Assembly: GCA_025774245.1 (NCBI GenBank)
Contig: JALGWI010000001.1
Coordinates: 20,599-84,598 of the forward strand
DNA: 64,000 bases
Source of the DNA: a bacterium
Lineage (GTDB): Bacteria > Joyebacterota > Joyebacteria > Joyebacterales > Joyebacteraceae
Direction of reading: 5' to 3'
Shown here: positions 28,138 through 36,200 of the stretch, piece by piece
Layout of the letters: the number at the start of each line of letters is the position of its first letter
Position numbering within the stretch: position 1 is the first letter of the stretch
Notes under the pieces: model-generated
Told to the model about the DNA's origin: nothing
What the model saw: only the letters and a program-made list of their open reading frames with translations
Database searches by the model: none
Position numbers and translations under genes: made by a program

Positions 28138-28929
28138 ATGAAGATCGTCGTTCTCATCAAACAGGTTCCCGACACCACCGACGTCCGGATCGATCCGGAG
28201 ACGAACACCCTCGTCCGCGAGGGTGTTCCGTCGATCGTGAACCCGTTCGACATGTACGCGATCGAGGAGGCGCTCAAGATCCGCGAGGAGGCGGGCGACG
28301 GGACGGTGACGATCATGTCGATGGGACCGCCGCAGGTCGAAACCTCCCTCAGGGAGGCGATCGCGCTCGGTGCCGACGACGCGATCCTCCTGTCGGACCG
28401 CGCGTTCGCGGGCTCCGACACCTGGTCGACCTCGTACACGCTCGCGGCCGGGATCCGGAAGCTCGGCGTCCCCGACGTCATCCTCTGCGGCAAGCAGGCG
28501 ATCGACGGCGACACGGCGCAGGTCGGGCCGGGCGTCGCGCAGTTCCTCGACGTGCCCCAGGTCACCTGCGTGAAGAAGCTCGAGATCGCCGACGGGAAGG
28601 CCCGGGCGGAGCGCATGCTGGAGGACGGGCACGACGTCCTCACGGTGTCGCTCCCGGCCGTCTTCACCGTCGTGAAGGAGCTCAACGAGCCCAGGCTTCC
28701 CTCACTCAAGGGGAAGATGAAGGCAAAGAAGGCGGAGATCACGGTGTGGGGACAGGACGACCTCGAGGTCGATCCTGCCGAGCTGGGGCTCGACGGGTCG
28801 CCCACGCGGGTCATCCGGATCTTCGCGCCGGAGCCGCGCGCATCCGGCACCGTCTTCGAGGGCGAGATCGACGAGACCGTCGAGTCGCTGGCGAAAGAGC
28901 TCGTCTCGATCCTGACGGGCGAGGCGTAA
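28138..28929 (+). CDS. etfB: Electron transfer flavoprotein beta subunit
   Basis: MKIVVLIKQVPDT...VNPFD, typical EtfB. 263 aa. Confidence 0.8.
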   Translation: MKIVVLIKQVPDTTDVRIDPETNTLVREGVPSIVNPFDMYAIEEALKIREEAGDGTVTIMSMGPPQVETSLREAIALGADDAILLSDRAFAGSDTWSTSYTLAAGIRKLGVPDVILCGKQAIDGDTAQVGPGVAQFLDVPQVTCVKKLEIADGKARAERMLEDGHDVLTVSLPAVFTVVKELNEPRLPSLKGKMKAKKAEITVWGQDDLEVDPAELGLDGSPTRVIRIFAPEPRASGTVFEGEIDETVESLAKELVSILTGEA

Positions 28930-28987
28930 GAGGGCCGGGCACCGGGGCAGGCCCCACGGCGGGCCCCATCGGCCAGGGAGTGCGGCG

Positions 28988-30184
28988 TTGAGCAGTATCG
29001 AGGTCATCAGGGACCGCTGCGTCGGCTGCGAGCTCTGCATCAAGGCCTGTCTCTACGACGCCATCGAGATGCAGGACGGCATCGCCGTCATCAAGGACAA
29101 CTGCACGCTCTGCGGCGCGTGCGTCGAGCCGTGCAAGTTCGACGCGATCATCCTGAGACACGAGGCCGTGCACGAGCGCGCGCCGATCGGCGACTTCCGG
29201 GGTGTCTGGGTCGTGGCCGAGCAGCGCGGCGGCGAGATGCACGGCGTCTCGTACGAGCTTCTCGGCAAGGGGAGGGAGCTCGCCGACACGCTCGGAACGA
29301 CGCTCGGGGCCATCCTGATCGGCAGCGGCGTCGAGGACCTCGCTCCCGACCTCATCGCGCACGGCGCCGACACGGTCTACGTGGCCGACGATCCCGCGCT
29401 TACGCACTACCTCGACGAGCCCTACGCGGCCGTCGTCGCCTCGCTCATCGACGAGCACAAGCCCGAGATTGTTCTCACCGGCGCGACGTCGACCGGGAGG
29501 TCGCTCATTCCGCGGGTCGCGATCTCGGTGCGCTCGGGGCTCACGGCCGACTGCACCGGCCTCGCGATCGACGACGAGAAGGGTCTCCTGCTCCAGACGC
29601 GCCCCGCGTTCGGCGGAAACATCATGGCCACGATCGTCTGCCCGGACCACCGTCCCCAGATGGCGACGGTGCGGCACAAAGTCATGACGGCGCTCGAGCC
29701 CGACGCCACCCGGAAGGGCGAGGTCGTGAAGAAGACCGTCACCGCAGACCTCCTCGCGTCGCGTTCGGCGTTCGTCGAGTTCGTGAAGGACCTCACGCAG
29801 ACCGTGAACATCGCCGAGGCCGACATCATCGTCTCCGGCGGCCGCGGCCTCGGGGGGCCCGAGAACTTCAAGGTCGTGGAGGAGCTCGCCGAGACGCTCG
29901 GCGGCGCCGTCGGGGCGTCGCGCGCGGCGGTCGACGCGGGGTGGATTCCGTACTCGCACCAGGTGGGTCAGACCGGCAAGACCGTCCAGCCGAAGCTCTA
30001 CGTCGCCTGCGGCATCTCGGGCGCCGTGCAGCACCTCGCAGGCATGCAGTCCTCCAAGTGCATCGTCGCCGTGAACAAGGACCCCGACGCGCCGATCTTC
30101 AAGGCCGCGACCTTCGGGATCGTCGGCGACGTCTTCGAAGTGCTCCCCGCGCTCAAGAAGAGGCTCGAGAAGGAACTCGGGTAG
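28988..30184 (+). CDS. etfA: Electron transfer flavoprotein alpha subunit with an N-terminal 2x[4Fe-4S] ferredoxin domain
   Basis: TTG start. N-terminal CVGCELCIKAC...CTLCGACVEPC, then an EtfA FAD-binding core (SGGRGLG...AVGASRAAVDAGW). Confidence 0.8.
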   Translation: MSSIEVIRDRCVGCELCIKACLYDAIEMQDGIAVIKDNCTLCGACVEPCKFDAIILRHEAVHERAPIGDFRGVWVVAEQRGGEMHGVSYELLGKGRELADTLGTTLGAILIGSGVEDLAPDLIAHGADTVYVADDPALTHYLDEPYAAVVASLIDEHKPEIVLTGATSTGRSLIPRVAISVRSGLTADCTGLAIDDEKGLLLQTRPAFGGNIMATIVCPDHRPQMATVRHKVMTALEPDATRKGEVVKKTVTADLLASRSAFVEFVKDLTQTVNIAEADIIVSGGRGLGGPENFKVVEELAETLGGAVGASRAAVDAGWIPYSHQVGQTGKTVQPKLYVACGISGAVQHLAGMQSSKCIVAVNKDPDAPIFKAATFGIVGDVFEVLPALKKRLEKELG

Positions 30185-30337
30185 CCCACACGACAATCGG
30201 GTCGAGATCCCCCGGGCACCCGGTGTCCCGCCGGAGGAGAAGGGCCTCGCCGGAGACACGAGCATCCTCCCGCCGTGGGCGCTATCAATCGAGGATCTTC
30301 CACAAGACTGGCTTCAGCGCCTCCATCGTGTATGCAG

Positions 30338-30366
30338 TTGACATCAAAGTCTGCACGCAGTATACT
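30338..30366 (+). promoter_or_regulatory. Near-consensus sigma70 promoter (TTGACA, 17-nt spacer, TATACT) about 120 nt upstream of the first beta-helix gene
   Basis: Read directly: gcagTTGACAtcaaagtctgcacgcagTATACTatcg. It sits in a 300-nt lower-GC intergenic region. Confidence 0.5.
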
Positions 30367-30489
30367 ATCGTCCAATTCGACTGCAACCCAATCACGAAGC
30401 TCCCTGCCAGGGAGCGTGTCTGCGCGCGGCAGCACTACCTCACGTGAGCCCCTCGCTGCGACGCAGTGCGTCCGAAACCGGAGGTGGAG

Positions 30490-33156
30490 ATGAGACCGCT
30501 CGCGACCATGCTCCTCGTTCTGGCGCTTGCTGTGGGTGCGAACGCCGGCCAGAACCCCGACATCAACATCTTCATCGAGTTCAACAACGGCGAGAACCGG
30601 ATCGATCCCGCAGTGAACGATCTGATCTCGGCCTACGTCTGCTTCGAGAACTTCGGCGACGGGGGCGGGATGACCGGAGCCGAGTTCCGGTTCAACAGGA
30701 CGTTTGGCGGGATGAAGCTCGGCGAGACGAACCTCCTCGGTGGCATCGAGCTGGGCGATCCGGAGACAGGCGACGGGTGGTCAATCACGGCCCCGTCCTG
30801 CGTGTTCCCGGACCCTGGAGGAGTCGTGGTCGCGGCGAAGGTGGACTACATCTTCCTGGGACCCGCCGGCATCATCGAGATCCTGCCTCATGCCCTGAAC
30901 GGGGCGAACGTCAACGACTGCTTCGCCGCCATCGACACGTGGTGCGTCCGGCTCGATCCGTCGGGGCACGGTGGGGTGTGGATGGATCCCCCGCCCGGGG
31001 ACTGCCCGTCGACCGACCCCAATCCGCACCGCTTCGACGTGCCGGCCGAGTACGAGACGATCCAGGCAGCCATCGACGCGGCGGCCCCCATGGACACGGT
31101 GTACGTGGCAGCTGGTACGTACGCGACATCGACGAACGGGGAGGTGTTCCCGATCGCGCTCGCAGACAGTGTTCTGGTGATGAGCGCGTCCGGTGCCGAG
31201 TCGACGATCGTGGACGCCGAGGATCAGGCATCGGTCTTCCATGGGGGGAACACGATTCTACGGGGTCTCCTCCAGGGCTTCACGATCACCTGGGGACTGG
31301 CGGACAACGGAGGCGGCATCCACCTCGACGACGTCGGCAGCCACGTCGCCGACTTCCTCGTCGAGGACTGCATCTTCTCTGAGAACCGTGCATGGTACCA
31401 CGGCGGAGGAGCATACATGTTCCAGTCCCGGGTCGTCTTTTCGGATTGCGCGTTCGTCAACAACGAGGCTCTCTTCGAATCGGGCGGCGGCGCGTACGCG
31501 TGGTCCGATGTCGCCTCGGAACGCTCGCTCTTCGGAGGCTGCACGTTCACCGGGAATGAGGCAGGTTTCTCCGGAGGCGCTGGGGCATCCCAAGGGGATG
31601 GGGCGTTTCCGTTTGTGGGGTGCACGTTTGTCGGAAACAGCGCCGAGGGGGAAGGCGGAGCGCTGCAGATCCCGAGCTCGGTGAGCTCTTGTATCTTCAT
31701 CGGCAACTTCGCTGGCTTCGGCGGGGCGTTGCACCATGCAGGCTGGGTGCGGGATTCGGTCTTCTGGGGCAACTGGGCCGAGTTTGGCGGGGCGATCCGC
31801 AACGCGTCCTCCGTCGAGAACTGCACGTTCGTGGGAAACGACCCCAGCGCCATCGACACCTCGAGTGGGGCCGAGGTGGTCCTCGTGGACAGCTCGCTGG
31901 TGGCGTTCAACACGGGGGGACCGGCGATCCCGTGTACCTTCGGGCCCGCGACGCTCACCGGCTGCAACGTGTACGGTAACGCTGGGGGCGACTGGGTGGG
32001 GTGCATAGCCGACCAGTACTGGTCGAGCGGGAACATATCCTTCGACCCTCTGTTCTGTGATGAGGAGGGCGGCGACTTCACGCTCTGCGAGAGTTCCCCG
32101 TGCGCGGCGGACAACAACCAGTACGGGGGGCGGATCGGCGCGCTGGGCGTGGGCTGCTCCGGGTGCGGGATCACGTCGATCCTGAACGTCCTCGACGTCC
32201 CGAATGACCAGGGCCGGTTCGCGCGTGTCAGCTGGGGGAGATCCCGCTTCGACGGCCCGGGGATGTTCGATCAGATCACGGGGTACGAGCTTCACCGCCG
32301 ACAGGACGCCCGCGCGCCGCGAGCGCCCCGCGGCCCGGCCGAGCCTCGCATGTCTGCGAGCGCGGAAGGCTCGCTGCGCATCGGCGGATGGGACTACGTC
32401 GCGACCATACCGGCGCACGGGGACTCGCTCTACCAGTACGTTTCTCCGACACTCTGCGACTCGACGGCCGAGTTCGGCATCTGCTGGTCCGTCTTCCTCG
32501 TGCGAGCGGCCACGGAGGATCAGCTTCTCTTCTTCGACTCGCCACCGGACAGCGGGTACTCGGTCGACAACCTGGCGCCCGAGGCTCCAGCCAATCTGAT
32601 GGCGGAAGGTGGGGTTGATGTCGTCGCGCTCTCGTGGGATCCGAACGAAGAGGAGGACCTCGACTACTACGCCGTCTACCGAGATACGGTCGAGAACTTC
32701 GTCCCGACCGAGCCCATCGGCTACACGACGGACGAGCTGTTCGAGGACGCGAACCCTCCGGTGGCGCCGGAGCTGTGGTACCGGGTGACGGCCTTCGACT
32801 TCAGCGGGAACGAGAGCGAGCCGTCGGCCTCGGCAGGCGCGACGGCGACGGGCGTCGAGGCCGAACCTCTCCCGACCACGCTCGTCCTCCACGGTAACTT
32901 CCCCAACCCCTTCAATCCGTCGACGGAGATCGTGTTCGGACTCCCGGCCGCGACCTCCGTGACGATCACCGTCTATGACGTCAGCGGGCGCGCGGTCAGG
33001 CGACTTCTCAAGGACGCGCGCACGGAAGCCGGCTCGCACACGGTGCGGTGGGACGGCCGTGACGACGCAGGACGGATCGTCCCCTCCGGCGTCTACGTCT
33101 ACACGCTCGTCGTCGAAGAGGAGACGCTCAGGCGTCGGATGCTCTTGCTCAAGTAA
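30490..33156 (+). CDS. Secreted right-handed parallel beta-helix repeat protein (889 aa) with an Fn3-like domain and a Por/T9SS-type C-terminal sorting domain
   Basis: In track ORF 30466..33156. Start at M9 (MRPLATMLLVLALAVGANA, signal peptide; GGAGGTGGAG RBS). PbH1-type entry motif EYETIQAAIDAAAPMDTVYVAAGTYATSTNGE. C-terminus LVLHGNFPNPFNPSTEIVFGLPAATSVTITVYDVSGRAV...GVYVYTL matches the TIGR04183-like Por secretion tail. Confidence 0.75.
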   Translation: MRPLATMLLVLALAVGANAGQNPDINIFIEFNNGENRIDPAVNDLISAYVCFENFGDGGGMTGAEFRFNRTFGGMKLGETNLLGGIELGDPETGDGWSITAPSCVFPDPGGVVVAAKVDYIFLGPAGIIEILPHALNGANVNDCFAAIDTWCVRLDPSGHGGVWMDPPPGDCPSTDPNPHRFDVPAEYETIQAAIDAAAPMDTVYVAAGTYATSTNGEVFPIALADSVLVMSASGAESTIVDAEDQASVFHGGNTILRGLLQGFTITWGLADNGGGIHLDDVGSHVADFLVEDCIFSENRAWYHGGGAYMFQSRVVFSDCAFVNNEALFESGGGAYAWSDVASERSLFGGCTFTGNEAGFSGGAGASQGDGAFPFVGCTFVGNSAEGEGGALQIPSSVSSCIFIGNFAGFGGALHHAGWVRDSVFWGNWAEFGGAIRNASSVENCTFVGNDPSAIDTSSGAEVVLVDSSLVAFNTGGPAIPCTFGPATLTGCNVYGNAGGDWVGCIADQYWSSGNISFDPLFCDEEGGDFTLCESSPCAADNNQYGGRIGALGVGCSGCGITSILNVLDVPNDQGRFARVSWGRSRFDGPGMFDQITGYELHRRQDARAPRAPRGPAEPRMSASAEGSLRIGGWDYVATIPAHGDSLYQYVSPTLCDSTAEFGICWSVFLVRAATEDQLLFFDSPPDSGYSVDNLAPEAPANLMAEGGVDVVALSWDPNEEEDLDYYAVYRDTVENFVPTEPIGYTTDELFEDANPPVAPELWYRVTAFDFSGNESEPSASAGATATGVEAEPLPTTLVLHGNFPNPFNPSTEIVFGLPAATSVTITVYDVSGRAVRRLLKDARTEAGSHTVRWDGRDDAGRIVPSGVYVYTLVVEEETLRRRMLLLK

Positions 33157-33248
33157 CGGGCACTGCGCCCGGATGGATGGGCCTCGCGCGGGCGAGGCGA
33201 GCGCGGGATAGCGGCCGCGCCCTGGACACCAGACGGAGGAAACGGACG

Positions 33249-36200
33249 ATGAGACGACTGCTGCTCGCGCTGCTCGCGATGTTCGTGGCTGTCGGCGTGA
33301 TCCAGGCCGGCCAGAATCCCGACATCAACATCTTCATCGAGTTCGACAACGGCGAGAACCGAATCGACCCGGTGACCAACCAGTTCTTCTCGGCCTACGT
33401 CTGCTTCGAGAACTTCGGTCCCGGCGGGGGGATGACCGCCGCCGAGTTCCGGTTCAACAGGACCTTCGGCGGGTTGAAGCTCGGCGAGACGAACCTCCTC
33501 GGTGGCATCGACCTGGGCGATCCGGAGACGGGAGACGGCTGGACGATCTCCGCTCCGTCCTGCGTGTTCCCAGACGCCGGAGGAGTCGTGGTCGCGGCAA
33601 AAGTGGACTACCTCTTCCAGGGACCCGCTGGCATCATCGAGGTTCTGCCTCATGCCCTGAGCGGGGCGAACGTCAACGACTGCTTCGCCGCCGTCGACAC
33701 GTGGTGCGTGCGGCTCGATCCGCCCGGACACGGAGGCGTGTGGACGGATCCCCCGCCCGGGGACTGCGAATCGACCGATCCGAACCCGCACCGCTTCGAC
33801 GTCCCTTCCGAGTACGCGACGATCCAGGCAGCCATCAACGCGGCAGCCATCGGGGACACCGTGTACGTGGCAGCCGGCACCTACGCGACGTCGACGAACG
33901 GCGAGACCTTCCCGATCATGCTCCGCGAGGGACAGACGGTGATGAGCGAGTCGGGAGCCCTGTCGACGACCGTTGACGCCGAGGGACAGAACACGGTCCT
34001 CGAAGCGATGACCCTGACCTCGCCCGTTCTGCTCAAGGGCTTCAGGATCACCGGGGGAGCCGCGATGATACGAGGCGGCGGCCTCAAGTGCGAGGCGGTC
34101 GACGCACTCACGGTCGAGAACTGCATGTTCAATTCGAACAGCTCGCCCACCGAGGGGGGTGGAGTCTACGTCAGCAGCAGCCCGGTCGCGTTTCGCGACT
34201 GCGCGATCTCCTACAACGACAGCTACAATGGTGCCGGTGTGTACTCTTGGAGCACCTCGGGAGCGGACATGCCGAGCTTCGAGGACTGCACGTTCTTCGA
34301 CAACACGGCAGTAGGGGACGGCGCCGCGGCCAAACTCGACGGCTTCGCGTTTCCGTCCTTCGACGGGTGCACCTTCGCAGGAAACAGCGCTGGCGGGAAC
34401 GGCGGAGCGCTGCATCAACCGGGCGACGTGATCGACTGCGTGTTCTGGGCGAACACCGCAGTCGAGGGTGGTGCCGTGTACGACGCCTGGTTCATTGACA
34501 GATGTCTGTTCTGGGAGAACGAGGCCACGCTGACGGGCGGGGCCGTGGTGGGCGGCTACCAGCTGAACCGGAGCACCTTCGTGGGCAACATCCCGAACGT
34601 CCTCTTCTGCAACGGCGACGACGTGGCCATGTACAGTGACATCCTCGCGTTCAACGGGGGCGAGCCGATCGTGCCTCCCGGCGGCAGCGCCACGCTCTCC
34701 TGCAGCGACGTGTACGGTAACGCCGCCGGCGATTGGGTCGGGTGCATCGCCGGTCAGCTCGGCGTGAGCGGGAACATCTCCCAGAATCCTCTCTTTTGTG
34801 ACGCGGAGGTTGGCGACTTCTATCTCTGTGCCGACTCGCCGTGCGCGGAGGAGAACAACCCCACGTGCCTGCAGATCGGCTTCTACGGCGTCGGCTGCGC
34901 GGGCTGCTGGACAGGCCCTGTCCATGAGGTCCCCGGCGAGTACGCGACGATCCAGGCGGCGATCGACGCAGCGGCGCCGGGCGACACGGTGCTCGTCGCC
35001 GCCGGCACCTACGCTACCTCCACGAACGGCGAGTCGTTCCCGATCACGCTCCGCGAGGGACAGACGGTGATGAGCGAGTCGGGAGCCCTGTCGACGATCG
35101 TGGATGCCGAGGGGCAGGCCACAGTACTCGAAGCGCTGTACCTGACGTCGCCTGTTCTGCTCAATGGCTTCAAGATCACCGGGGGAAACGCGATGTTGCG
35201 CGGAGGCGGCCTCAGATGCGAGTCGGTCGAAGCGCTCACGGTCCTGAACTGCGCGTTCGACTCGAATAGCTCGCCCACCGAGGGCGGTGGAGTTTACGTC
35301 TCAGGCAGCCCGGTCGGGTTTCATAACTGCTCGATCACCTTCAACGAGAGCGGCGATGGTGGCGGTGTAAGCTGCTGGAGCAGCGCAGTCTGGGAGGTGC
35401 CGAGCTTCGAAGACTGCACAATCTCCTACAACACGGCTGCAGGGGACGGCGGAGCGGCGAAGCTCAACGGCTTCGAGTTTCCGTCTTTCGAGGGATGCAC
35501 CTTCGCGTGGAACACTGCCGGCGGGAACGGCGGAGCGCTGTACGAACCGGGCGACGTGATCGACTGCGTGTTCTGGGGGAACGCGGCAATCGAGGGGGGC
35601 GCGGTGTACGACGCCTCGTTCGTGGACAGGTGCCTCTTCCGGGAGAACGTGGGGCTCGCAACAGGCGGCGCTGTGGTCGGCGGCTTCCAGTTGAACCGGA
35701 GCACCTTCGTGGGCAACAGCCCGAACGTCCTCGACTGCAACGGCGACGACGTGGCCATGTACAGCGACATCGTGGCGTTCAACGAGGGCGAACCCATCGT
35801 GGATAGCGGCGGAAGTGCGACACTGGCCTGCTGCGACGTGTTCGGGAACGCCGCAGGTGACTGGGTGGGAAGCATATCGGGCCAGAATGGAGTGACCGGG
35901 AACATCTCCCTGAACCCCCTCTTCTGCGATGCAGAGATCGGTGACTTCGAGCTCTGTGCAGACTCTCCGTGTGCGGAGGAGAACAACCCCGTGTGCCTGC
36001 AGATCGGCGTCTACGGTGGTGGATGCGCCGAATGCTGGTTCGGGCCGGTGCACGAGGTCCCTGCCGAGTACGCGACGATCCAGGCGGCGATCGACGCGGC
36101 GGCGCCGGGCGACACAGTACTGGTCGCGGCGGGGACCTACGCGACGTCGACGAACGGCGAGTCGTTCCCGATCACCTTGCGGGACGGCGTACTCGTGATG

